Assembly (NCBI GenBank): GCA_963833225.1
Contig: CAWHXD010000008.1
Span: 352,001 to 416,000, forward strand
From: an uncultured Chloroflexia bacterium
GTDB lineage: Bacteria > Chloroflexota > Limnocylindria > Limnocylindrales > CSP1-4
DNA length: 64,000 nucleotides
Direction: 5' to 3'
Shown here: piece after piece, positions 25,419 through 34,659 of the stretch
Layout of the letters: every line of letters begins with the position of its first letter
Numbering within the stretch: the first letter of the stretch is position 1
Program-made: the position numbers and the translations under genes
The notes under the pieces: model-generated
Database searches by the model: none
What the model was told of the DNA's origin: nothing
Seen by the model: only the letters and a program-made list of their open reading frames with translations

Positions 25419-26728
25419 TCAGGCCGGCAGGGTTGGCCGGTGCCGCATCGGGCGCCAGGCACGTTCGATGGTCTGGGTTCGTTCGGGTCCGACCGAGACG
25501 AACACGATCGGCACCCCCGCGTGGTCCTCGAGCGCCGTCACGTAGCGGCGAGCCGCCTCGGGCAGGCCGGCCAGCGACCGGATGTCGTGGATCGGCTCCT
25601 CCCAGCCCTCGAAGTCCTCGTAGATCGGCACCGCGCGCGAGAGCGCCGAGCCCGACGAAGGCCACGTCTCCACCCGCTGGCCGTCGATCGTCATAGGCCA
25701 CGCACAGCTTGATCGTCTCGATCCCCGACAGGATGTCGAGCTTGTTGAGCACGATCGCGGAGTTCGAGTTGACCGCGACCGCGTAGCGCAGCGGGACGGT
25801 GTCGAACCAGCCCACCCGGCGGGGCCGTCCGGTGACGGTGCCGAACTCGCGGCCCCGGTCCGCGATCCCGCGGCCAACCTCGTCGACCAGCTCCGTGGGG
25901 AACGGGCCGGACCCGACGCGGGTCGCGTAGGCCTTCATCACCCCAATGATCTCGTCGACCTGGAGCGGCCCGATGCCGCCGCCGGTGCAGGCACCGCCGG
26001 CCACGGGGTTGGAGCTGGTGACGAACGGGTAGCTGCCGTGATCGAGGTCCAGCAGCGTGCCCTGGGCACCCTCGAGCAGCACGTGGTCGCCACGCCGCGA
26101 GCGCGTCCTGGACAAGCCACGTGGAGTCGTCGAGATGGGGGCGCAGGCGCTCGCCCCAGGCCAGGCCCTGCTGGACCAGCGGCTCGACCTCGAACGTGTC
26201 CACGCCCATGTTCGCGAGCAGCAGGTTCTTGTCGACGAGGGCGCGGGTGATCCGCTCGCGGAGCACGGGCTCGTCGCACAGGTCCTCCATCCGGAGGCCG
26301 AGTCGCCAGGCGCGGTCGCCGTAGGTTGGCCCGATGCCGCGTCCGGTGGTGCCCACCTTGGCGCCGGCGAGGCGGCTCTCGTTGCCTTTGTCGAGCGCGA
26401 CGTGGTACGGCATGATCACGTGCGCGCTGCGGCTGACGCGAACCTTGGACACGTCGACGCCCTTGGCGGCCAGCATGTCCAGCTCACGGATCAGGGTCGC
26501 CGGGTTGACCACGACCCCGTTGCCGATGACCGACGTGATGTGCGGGTAGAGCACGCCCGACGGGCACAGCTGGAGCTTGACCGTCTCGTCTCCGACCACG
26601 ACCGTGTGGCCCGCGTTGTCGCCTCCCTGGTAGCGGACCACCATCGCGGTCTGCTCGGCAAGGAAGTCGGTCGTCTTCCCCTTGCCCTCATCGCCCCACT
26701 GGAGGCCGACGATCACGGTCGCGGGCAT
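25419..26728 (-). CDS. purA: Adenylosuccinate synthetase (two frameshifts)
   Basis: [76 protein letters not shown]. Confidence 0.95.
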
Positions 26729-26739
26729 CGCACATCTCC

Positions 26740-26772
26740 GGAAACAAACCGACCCCGGCATCTGCCGGGGTC
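26740..26772 (-). terminator. Terminator-like hairpin in the purA 5' leader (possible attenuator)
   Basis: GACCCCGGCA-GA-TGCCGGGGTC followed by GGTTTGTTT, ending just before the purA RBS. Confidence 0.65.
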
Positions 26773-26843
26773 ACAGGTAGACATCTCCCGCGAGTGCCCG
26801 CCGCGGGACCGGCGGGCCGGGGTCTCGAAGGTGGGAGGCCGCC

Positions 26844-26876
26844 TCACGGGACGGACACCACGCCTTCCTCGAGCAA
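26844..26876 (-). CDS. Putative 10-aa leader peptide MLEEGVVSVP upstream of purA
   Basis: GGAGGAG (26890-26884), 7-nt spacer, TTG...TGA, downstream of a TATACT -10 at 26935-26930. Confidence 0.35.
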   Translation of the reverse strand: MLEEGVVSVP

Positions 26877-27021
26877 CGGCGTTCTCCTCCATCGCGGGGC
26901 CGGCTGGGACCGGCCTCGAGGACCGGCCGAGTATACGCGACGGTCCCCCGCCCCGGGGCCCAAATCCGGGTTGCGGATCGGGTACGGTGGGGCAACGAGG
27001 GCGGTTTCGCCCGCAGAACCG

Positions 27022-28269
27022 CTACCCGGCCTGCCCGGCCGCGGGGGCGGCAGCTGGCGCCTGCATCCCGATGCTGCGCAGGGACGGCACGAACAGGACG
27101 CTGCCCAGGATCACGGCGCTGTTGAGGATCGCGGCGATCACGAGCGTCTCGCCCGTCCCGATGACCGCCGCGATCGGGCCGATCACCGCGTACCCGATCG
27201 GATTGAGCGCCACCGAGCCCAGCCAGTCGAAGGAGCTGATCCGCGACAGCAGGTGACCGGGCACGTTGAGCTGGAGCGCGGTGATCCAGAGCATGTTCCC
27301 GAGCGCAAAGCCCAAGCCGACGGCGAAGCTGACGGCCGCGATCGCGAACAGCGGGAGCGGGACGGCCAGCGCCACCAGCAGCAGACCCGCGGGCAGCACC
27401 AGGAGCTGGCAGACGACGAGCGGCCGCTTGACCCGCACACGCAGCGCGAACATGCCCCCGACCACCGCCCCGGCCAATTCGATGGCGAGGATCGTGCCCC
27501 AGGCCGCGGCCCCACCCAGGGCCTCCTTCGCGACCAGCGGCCCGAGCACGAGCAGGGCGGGAAAGTACGTGAGCTGGAACAGCCCGAACGCGCCGATCAC
27601 CGCCACCGCCCAGCGGCGGGCGACGAACTCCCGCCAGCCCTCACGGAGGTCACTGACGATCGACAGGGACGCGACCCGCGCCGTGGGCGCCAGGCGCATC
27701 GAGGCCGTGAACACGGCGGACGCGAAGAAGGTCAGGGCGTCGATGGCGATCGCGAGGGCGGGGCCACCGGCTGCCACGACCAGCGCCCCGGTGGCGGGAC
27801 CCGCGATCGACGTCACGCTGTATGAGAGCTGGACGACCGCGTTCGCCTCCTGGAGACGCGCGTCGCTCACGGCCTCCCGGATCAGGCCGATGGTCGCCGG
27901 TCGCGAGAACGCGGCGGCGACGCCGAACACGGTCTGCAGGATGGCGACGTTCCACACGTCGGCCAGGCCGGAGACGAGCAGCAGCGCGGTGACGACCTGC
28001 GCTCCCCCCTTTACGAGGTCGCTGCCGACGAGGATCGTCCGTCGCGGAAGGCGGTCGGCGAACACCCCGCCGAGCAGCACGAAGATGACCATCGGCAGCT
28101 CTCGAGCGAGCAGCACGATCCCCAGGTCGATGGCCCCGCCGAACCCCAGCACCGCGAACGCGAGCGCCACCGTCGCCATGCCCGAGCCGAGGCCGCTGAC
28201 GGTGACGGCGACCAGGTACCGGGCGACGCTCAGCTCACGAAGGACGGCCAGCGAGGCAGGGAGTCGCAC
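27022..28269 (-). CDS. MFS transporter (MFS_3/DHA3-like)
   Basis: About 12 hydrophobic segments, GGVFADRLPRR motif A, LQEANA, GPA.G, LLSRISS. Confidence 0.9.
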   Translation of the reverse strand: MRLPASLAVLRELSVARYLVAVTVSGLGSGMATVALAFAVLGFGGAIDLGIVLLARELPMVIFVLLGGVFADRLPRRTILVGSDLVKGGAQVVTALLLVSGLADVWNVAILQTVFGVAAAFSRPATIGLIREAVSDARLQEANAVVQLSYSVTSIAGPATGALVVAAGGPALAIAIDALTFFASAVFTASMRLAPTARVASLSIVSDLREGWREFVARRWAVAVIGAFGLFQLTYFPALLVLGPLVAKEALGGAAAWGTILAIELAGAVVGGMFALRVRVKRPLVVCQLLVLPAGLLLVALAVPLPLFAIAAVSFAVGLGFALGNMLWITALQLNVPGHLLSRISSFDWLGSVALNPIGYAVIGPIAAVIGTGETLVIAAILNSAVILGSVLFVPSLRSIGMQAPAAAPAAGQAG

Positions 28270-28523
28270 GCTCCGAGTCTACGGGGAGTTGAGCCCCCGT
28301 TGAGCGCTGCGTAAGCGTCCGCCAAGCGGCGGCCGCTAGGGTTCGGTTCCCGTCGAACCAGCCGGCCCCGCCGACCCGTCGGCCCGCCCGGAGCCCCGAA
28401 TCGCTGGGGCCGGCACCCCCCCCGCCCGCCGGACGTCGATGCCCGCCGCACGCAGGATCGGCCGCAGACCAGCGCGCCCCCGAAGGGCACGTGCGGACCG
28501 ATCGGAAGGAGACACGCAGCGCG

Positions 28524-29021
28524 ATGAACAGGGTCCTCCTCACCGGTCGCCTCACGCGCGACCCAGAGCTCCGCACCACCGCCGGCGGCAAGGCGGTGGC
28601 CCAGTTCTCCATCGCCTCCCACGAGTTCGTGGCCGGGAAGGAGAAACCGGAGTTCCACAACATCGTGACCTGGGATCGCCTCGCCGAGACGTGCGGGCGC
28701 TACCTGGGCAAGGGCCAGCAGGTCGCCGTCGAGGGCCGCCTCCAGACCCGTACCTGGGACGACGAGGCCGGCAAGCGCCACTGGAAGACGGAGATCGTGG
28801 CTTCCGGCGTCGAGATGCTCTCGGGGCGGGGCCGCAAGGACTACCGGGCCGAGACGGCGGCGCAGGCGCTCGAGGCGCAGGCGGAGGCCGCCGGTGTCGC
28901 ACCCGACGCCACGGAGCCGATGGCCGACGACAGCGGGTTCTCCGTCGCCGCCGGCGACGACGAGGACGGGGAGGAGGACGAGCTCCTCGAGGAGGCCGTC
29001 GCGGAGAGCGTCGCGGCCTGA
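28524..29021 (+). CDS. ssb: Single-stranded DNA-binding protein
   Basis: MNRVLLTGRLTRDPELR, FHNIVTW..LAE, YLGKG..V.VEGRLQTRTW. AAGGAG RBS. Acidic tail. Confidence 0.93.
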   Translation: MNRVLLTGRLTRDPELRTTAGGKAVAQFSIASHEFVAGKEKPEFHNIVTWDRLAETCGRYLGKGQQVAVEGRLQTRTWDDEAGKRHWKTEIVASGVEMLSGRGRKDYRAETAAQALEAQAEAAGVAPDATEPMADDSGFSVAAGDDEDGEEDELLEEAVAESVAA

Positions 29022-29078
29022 CCCCCCCTTCCCCCCGGCGGTGGCGCGGTCTCCCCCTGCGTCGCCGCCGGTCACCCG

Positions 29079-30212
29079 TCAGAGCGGCGGGATCGGCAGC
29101 CGGAGCTCGAAGAAGGAGACGGCGATGATCACGTAGACGAGCACGAGGAGCGCACCCTCGAGCCAGTTGGATTCCCCGTCGAGGGCCACGAGCGCGCTGA
29201 TCCCCACCGCGGCCGCCACGCCAGCGATCTCGAGCGGCTGGAAGACGAGGTCCATCGGCTGCCCGACCACCACGCCCAGCAGCACCAGCACCGGCGCCAC
29301 GAACAGCGCGACCTGGAGGGACGAGCCGAAGCTGACCGCGAGCGCGAACTCCATCTTGTTCTTGACCGCGAGCTGCACCGCGACCAGGTGCTCGGCGAGG
29401 TTCCCGATGGTCGGAATGAGGATCACCCCCACGAACAGCTCAGACAGCCCGAACTGCTCGATGAACGGCTCGATCGACCCGACCAGGATCTCGGACAGCA
29501 GGGCGAGGATGGCCGCGGTGACCAGGAGCACGACGGTGGCGGTGCGCATCGTCCATGCCGGCCCTCCATGACCCTCGCTGGCCTCGTGCCCGCCGAGCGT
29601 GCGATCGGGGTTGGTGAACTGCCACACGAGCGACAGGCCGTAGCCCACGATCAGCACGAGGGCCACCAGCACGGACTCCTCGACCCGCACGCCCTCCGAC
29701 TCGAGGCCGCTGGCCGCGAACACGCCGGGGATGAACAGCCCGACGGCCGCGAGGACCAGCAGCGCCGCGTTCGACCCCGCGATCTTGGGGCTGAACGACT
29801 GGAGTCCGTTCCGGAGCCCGCCGGCGAGCATCGCGGCACCCAGCACGAGCAGCAGGTTGCCGATGATCGAGCCCGTGATCGAGGCCTTGACGACATCGAT
29901 CAGCCCGGCCTGCAGCGCGAAGAAGGCGATGATCAGCTCCGCGATGTTGCCGAACGTCGCGTTGAGGATTCCGCCCACCTGCGGTCCGGTCAGGGCGCCC
30001 AGCCGCTCCGTGCACAGCCCGATGACCCACGCGAGGCCCAGGATGGCGACGGCCGAGACGACGAAGACCACGGCGCCCTGGACGTGGAGCACGAGGTCGA
30101 GCCCGGCGGCCACCACGGCCAGGAAGAAGGTCGCCACGAGCGCCATCCTCGCCGCCGGTGACAGGGCACCGAGGACCGGGATCGACGAGCGGGAAGCGGC
30201 GGCGTCCGACAT
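29079..30212 (-). CDS. Ca2+/H+ antiporter (CaCA family, CAX type)
   Basis: LNATFGNIAEL, GSIIGNLLLVLG, IGNLAEH, GSSLQVALF, DGESNWLEG. Confidence 0.94.
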   Translation of the reverse strand: MSDAAASRSSIPVLGALSPAARMALVATFFLAVVAAGLDLVLHVQGAVVFVVSAVAILGLAWVIGLCTERLGALTGPQVGGILNATFGNIAELIIAFFALQAGLIDVVKASITGSIIGNLLLVLGAAMLAGGLRNGLQSFSPKIAGSNAALLVLAAVGLFIPGVFAASGLESEGVRVEESVLVALVLIVGYGLSLVWQFTNPDRTLGGHEASEGHGGPAWTMRTATVVLLVTAAILALLSEILVGSIEPFIEQFGLSELFVGVILIPTIGNLAEHLVAVQLAVKNKMEFALAVSFGSSLQVALFVAPVLVLLGVVVGQPMDLVFQPLEIAGVAAAVGISALVALDGESNWLEGALLVLVYVIIAVSFFELRLPIPPL

Positions 30213-30252
30213 GACCGCCATCCTATCGGGCGACGAGCGCCCGGGGCGGCGA

Positions 30253-31053
30253 TCAGCGCCCCGGCGTGGGTCCCCCGGGCGGCACCGCTGAGACCCGCTC
30301 CGCGAACGGCATCGGCTTCCCGTCGGCTCCCCGGTCCCAGGAGGCGACCTGGAGGAGCGTCGCCACGGCCACCTGCTGCAGGCGTGCCTGTGCGGCCGGC
30401 GTGTCATCCGCGGCCAGGAACCCGACGCGGAGCCCGTGGACCGTCCCCCCGACCAGCATCACGGCGGGCGAGGCGTGGACGAGGCTCGCGCCCGACTCGT
30501 GGATCGCCGTCTCGATCCCCGCTGCCCGCGTCGAGCGACGTGGCGGCGCCCCGACGCGGGCATCGAGCGTGGCGTCCACGTCCGCGACCACACCGTGGAG
30601 CAGGCGGGCGGCCGACCCGCGAACGGCGGCGACCGCCGCGAGCGTGACCTCGATGTCCGGGACGGCCGGGAACCCCTCGCGGGCATAGCCGTGGCTCGCG
30701 GCATCCGCGCGGAAGGCGCCCTCGGCCACGAGGATCCCGTCACCGGGCTCGAGCGGCTCCCGCGTCGCCCCCAGCCCAATCAGCGTCCGCGCGCCAAGGA
30801 CCGCGAGCTCCTCCACCGCGATCGCCGTGCTCGCGGAGCCCGTTCCGGTCGAGCAGACGGTGAGCCGGGTGTCGTCGACCCGGCCCGTCCACAGCTGGAA
30901 CGCGTAGTGGTCGGCGACGAGCCGCGCGTCAGCCCATGTCGCGGCGATCGCGCCGGCCTCCTCGCGTGACGGCGTGAGCACCACGTACGGCGCGATGTCG
31001 TCCGGGCCGGCGTCGCCGCCAAACCCCCGGTGGACGAACTCCCGTTCCGTCAT
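30253..31053 (-). CDS. Degenerate uridine phosphorylase-like (NP-I fold) protein
   Basis: CSTGTGSASTAIAVEEL..LGA, GDGILVAEGAFRAD..S, FPAVPD. Lacks PGDxxR, RxGT and EME. Confidence 0.75.
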   Translation of the reverse strand: MTEREFVHRGFGGDAGPDDIAPYVVLTPSREEAGAIAATWADARLVADHYAFQLWTGRVDDTRLTVCSTGTGSASTAIAVEELAVLGARTLIGLGATREPLEPGDGILVAEGAFRADAASHGYAREGFPAVPDIEVTLAAVAAVRGSAARLLHGVVADVDATLDARVGAPPRRSTRAAGIETAIHESGASLVHASPAVMLVGGTVHGLRVGFLAADDTPAAQARLQQVAVATLLQVASWDRGADGKPMPFAERVSAVPPGGPTPGR

Positions 31054-32846
31054 CGGCCACTCCCTCGCCCGGGCTGCCAGGTCGTGCGGCCGCCAACGTC
31101 CCACGCGGCGAGGATGCGCACCGCGCGCAGCGCGACCTCGATCGCCCGCGGCTCGCCGATGGGGTTGTAGCGCCCGGTCGAGCGGTCGTCCACGACGACG
31201 TTCATCCGCCCCGCCCGCCAGCCGCGGAGCCGGGCCACGGTGAACAGGGTCGCCGTCTCGGTGTCCCAGTCGAGGACGCCCACCGCGCGCAGCTCGTCCT
31301 CGATGCCCGCCATCGACGCCGAGACGAACCCCCCGAACCCCGGGATCCCCTCGCCGGCGTAGAACGACGAGGACGTCCCCCCGACGCCCACGTGCACCGG
31401 GGCCCTCTCTGCCTGCGCGGCCGCGACGAGCGCCGCGGTCACCCAGGTGTCCGCCACCGCCGGATAGGCGGGGTCGATGAACACGTCGCTGGTCCCGTCC
31501 ATCCGCACGGCCCCGCTCGCGACCACCAGGTCCCCGGTCCCGATCCGCTCCTGCAGCGCGCCCGTGACCCCGACCCGGATGAACGTCGTGGCGCCGCGGC
31601 TGCCCAGGGCATCGACCACCAGGCTCACGCCATGCCCCCCGATGCCCGTCGAGCAGGCCGCGACCGGGATCCCGTCGAGGGTCCCGGCGACGAGCAGGAA
31701 GTCCCGCTCGCGCGCGAGCGTGCGCGTGCCTGCGAGGCACTCCCCGAACCGCCCGACGCGGTGCTCGCTGCCGGGCACCAGCACGTACGCGGGCAACGGG
31801 CCATCGAGGCCCGCGAACAGGCCGCCCCGCACGCGGCGGGCGTGGGACGTCGGCCCGGCGGGGGTGGACCCGTCGGCCAGCAGGGCGTCGACATCGGCGG
31901 CGGCGAACGTGCCGCCCTGCGACCCCGGCGTCCGGCACGCGAGCGCACCGGCCGCGGCGCCCCGTCTGGCAGCCGTGAGCACCGGCTCTCCGCGGGCGAG
32001 GCCGAGGAGCATCGCCGCGACGTACGCGTCGCCCGCCGCAAGCGTGTCCACGACATCGACCGGGATGGCTGCCACGCGGGCCTGTCCGTCGGGGGTCGCC
32101 ACGAGCGAGCCATCAGCCCCGCACTTGAGGACGACGACCCCCGGCCCGAGCGCGAGCAGCGCGTCGACGGCTGCTGCGTCCTGGGTCTCGCCGGTCAGCG
32201 CCGTCGCCTCGGCACGGTTGGCGAACGCGATGTCGGCACGTGCGAACAGCGAGCGCAGGTAGCCGGGATCCGCGAGGCTCGATGGGACTGCGGCGTCCAC
32301 GGAGACGAGACAGCCCGCCGCCCGCGCCAGCCGCACGGCCTCGTCCACCACACGCTGGCTGCCCGCGGAGTGATGCGCGTAGCCGTCCACGTGGAACCAG
32401 GTCGCCTCCGCGAACGGGACCCCCGGTCCCAGGTCGGTATCGGAGAAGCGGAGCGCCGGGTCCAGCTGCTCCAGCGCGACCCAGTCACCGGCGGGGTCGC
32501 TGAGGAGCACGAGGAGATCGGCGTCGCGACCCGGACGGACGGCCACGGCACCGGTGTCCACGCCCGCGTCGGCGAGATGAGCCAGGGCGGCCCGCGAGCG
32601 CGGCCCGTCCCCCGTGATGGCGAGGATGGCGGACCGGCCGCCCAGGCGCGCCGCGTAGGCCGCGACGTTCGCCGCGCCACCGCCGGTGCTCGACGCGAGG
32701 GAGCGGATGGGGATGGAGCCCTGCCCGCCGGCCGCCGGATGCCGCTCGACGTGGATGACCTGCTCGGCAAGAAAGCTGCCCATCGCGAGGATGTCGAGGC
32801 GCCGCGGCTCCCTGCCATCCGGGAGGCTCCAGGCCACGCCGGTCAT
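31050..32846 (-). CDS. Fusion of PfkB/ribokinase-family kinase and uridine phosphorylase-like domain
   Basis: N half: GGGAANVA, ANRAEA, KCGADG, VDTLAAGDAY. C half: VPGSEHRV, STGIGG, FIRVGVTGALQ, GAVRMDGTS, YPAVAD, SFYAGE, DTETATL. Confidence 0.88.
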   Translation of the reverse strand: MTGVAWSLPDGREPRRLDILAMGSFLAEQVIHVERHPAAGGQGSIPIRSLASSTGGGAANVAAYAARLGGRSAILAITGDGPRSRAALAHLADAGVDTGAVAVRPGRDADLLVLLSDPAGDWVALEQLDPALRFSDTDLGPGVPFAEATWFHVDGYAHHSAGSQRVVDEAVRLARAAGCLVSVDAAVPSSLADPGYLRSLFARADIAFANRAEATALTGETQDAAAVDALLALGPGVVVLKCGADGSLVATPDGQARVAAIPVDVVDTLAAGDAYVAAMLLGLARGEPVLTAARRGAAAGALACRTPGSQGGTFAAADVDALLADGSTPAGPTSHARRVRGGLFAGLDGPLPAYVLVPGSEHRVGRFGECLAGTRTLARERDFLLVAGTLDGIPVAACSTGIGGHGVSLVVDALGSRGATTFIRVGVTGALQERIGTGDLVVASGAVRMDGTSDVFIDPAYPAVADTWVTAALVAAAQAERAPVHVGVGGTSSSFYAGEGIPGFGGFVSASMAGIEDELRAVGVLDWDTETATLFTVARLRGWRAGRMNVVVDDRSTGRYNPIGEPRAIEVALRAVRILAAWDVGGRTTWQPGRGSGR

Positions 32847-33757
32847 TCGGGCGGCGGGGGCGGCGTGGCTCCCGCAACGTACAGGGACCGCCGCGCGAGA
32901 CCTGTCTCCCGCGCGACCCGGCGGGCCGCCTCACCCCGGGCCACGCCCTCGCCGACAAGGACGTCGACCCGCGCCCGGGCGGCCGCGAGCGCGTCCTCGC
33001 GAGCGTCCATCTCCCCCTCGAGGCTCCCGCGGCCGCGCCCCCAGCCGACGACGAGGACCACCTCGCCCCTGGCGGGGATCGTGCCATCCTGCGCCGCGCG
33101 CACCAGCTCGCCGAGCGAGCCACGCAGGATCTGCTCGTGGAGCTTGGTGAGCTCTCGGCAGACGGCGCCCGGACGGTCATCGCCGCAGGCCGCGGCCAAA
33201 TCGACGAGCGTGGCCGCGACCCTGTTGGGCCCCTCGAACAGCACGCAGCCCCGCGTGTCCCCGGCGATGGCCGCCAGGCGCTCGTGGCGCTCCCGGCCAC
33301 TGCGCGGCAGGAACCCCTCGAACGACCAGCGTGGCCCCGCGATCCCCGCCGCCGCGACCGCCGCGAGCACGGACGATGCCCCCGGCACGGCCATCACCCG
33401 CCCGCCGGCCGCCGCCCACGCCGCGACCAGCCCCTCGCCGGGATCCGAGATGGCCGGGGTGCCAGCATCGGTGACGAGCGCGAGGTCCGCGCCGGACGCG
33501 AGATGGGCGAGCAGCTCGTCCTCCCGCCCGGGAGCGCTCTGTGCGTGGTAGCTCGTGGTGGGGGTCGTGATCTGGTAGCGGTCGAGGAGCCGGCGGGTGA
33601 CCCGTGTGTCCTCGGCGGCGATGAGGGGTACGGCGCGCAGCACGTCGAGCGCCCGGTGGGTGACGTCCCCGAGGTTCCCGATCGGCGTGGCGACGATGAA
33701 CAGCGTCCCGCCGGCCCCGCCCGGCTGGTCGGCTCGGCCGGTGCTGACCGCGCTCAC
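32843..33757 (-). CDS. rsmI: 16S rRNA (cytidine1402-2'-O)-methyltransferase
   Basis: LFIVATPIGNLGD, AAEDTR, TDAGTPAISDPG, FEGFLP, CRELTKLHE, RGEVVLVV. Confidence 0.96.
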   Translation of the reverse strand: MSAVSTGRADQPGGAGGTLFIVATPIGNLGDVTHRALDVLRAVPLIAAEDTRVTRRLLDRYQITTPTTSYHAQSAPGREDELLAHLASGADLALVTDAGTPAISDPGEGLVAAWAAAGGRVMAVPGASSVLAAVAAAGIAGPRWSFEGFLPRSGRERHERLAAIAGDTRGCVLFEGPNRVAATLVDLAAACGDDRPGAVCRELTKLHEQILRGSLGELVRAAQDGTIPARGEVVLVVGWGRGRGSLEGEMDAREDALAAARARVDVLVGEGVARGEAARRVARETGLARRSLYVAGATPPPPPE

Positions 33758-34659
33758 TCGCGGAACGCCGAGCCGGGCCGACGGCGCGGGTACAGGTAGT
33801 CGACGCCGGCCGTGCGCGGACCGAGCTTCGCGATGGGCGGCACCTGGCGCTTGAACTCGGACGTGGCGACCATCCGGTCGACGCGCTCCACCATTGCCCG
33901 GTCGAACCCGAGCGCGACCACCTCGTCGATCGAGCGTCGCTTGTCGATCCGCCAGAACAGCAGGCGATCGAGCTCCGGGTATGAGAAGCCGGCCTCGCTC
34001 TCGTCCGTCTGGCCCGGCCACAGGTCCGCGGATGGCGCCTTGCGGATGATGGCCTCCGGCACCCCGATGGCCGCCGAGAGCTGCCTGACCTGGCTCTTGT
34101 ACAGGTCGCCGATGGGGTTGAACGCGCACGCGGAATCGCCGAACAGGGTCGTATAGCCGATCAGCGACTCGGTCTTGTTGCCCGTCCCGACAACCAGCCC
34201 ACGCCACGTCACGGACCGGTCGTACAGCACGGCCATCCGCATCCGTGCCATGAAATTGCCCCGGCGCAGCGGCGCCGCGTCCAGCGCCCCGGTTCCGCCC
34301 TCGCCCGCGGACGCGTCGCGCCCGAAGTAGCCGTCCACCATCCCGGTGATCTCGACCACCTCCCCCGCGCAGCCGAGGTCCGCCACGACCGCCTCCGCGT
34401 CCCCGCGCGAGGCAGGCGACGAGGTCCGGTAGGGCATCATCACGCACAGCACCCGGTCCGCTCCGATCGCCTCGGCGGTCAGGTACGCGACCAGCGCCGA
34501 ATCGATCCCGCCCGACAGCCCCAGGACGGCGTTGTTGAACCCGGCCTGCCGCAGCTGGCCGCGGATGAACGCGGCGATGGCCTGGCGGGCGATGTCGGTG
34601 TCGATCGCGAGCTCGTCGGGCAGCTCGAACAGGGCCTCGCCGGCACCCGGCCGGCTCAC
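33754..34659 (-). CDS. nadE: NAD+ synthetase, synthetase subunit
   Basis: GLSGGIDS, GNFMARMRM, GTGNKTE..IGY.TLFGD, PIGDLYK, KAPSADLWPGQTDE. Confidence 0.96.
   Translation of the reverse strand: MSRPGAGEALFELPDELAIDTDIARQAIAAFIRGQLRQAGFNNAVLGLSGGIDSALVAYLTAEAIGADRVLCVMMPYRTSSPASRGDAEAVVADLGCAGEVVEITGMVDGYFGRDASAGEGGTGALDAAPLRRGNFMARMRMAVLYDRSVTWRGLVVGTGNKTESLIGYTTLFGDSACAFNPIGDLYKSQVRQLSAAIGVPEAIIRKAPSADLWPGQTDESEAGFSYPELDRLLFWRIDKRRSIDEVVALGFDRAMVERVDRMVATSEFKRQVPPIAKLGPRTAGVDYLYPRRRPGSAFRE

Noticed and set aside
11404-26728. Pseudogenes or programmed frameshifting in metG and pur genes
   Set aside because: Multiple scattered indels with intact motifs and no evident slippery sites fit sequencing error better.
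26760-26830. Guanine riboswitch in the purA leader (GTCTAC resembles the J2/3 segment)
   Set aside because: No P1-P2-P3 junction or kissing-loop sequences could be fitted.
28330-28520. ykkC-type riboswitch upstream of ssb (ctagggttcgg)
   Set aside because: Downstream conserved elements (GGUCCGAG, ACAC, AAAAGCCCGG) are missing. TAGGGT is more simply a -10 box.
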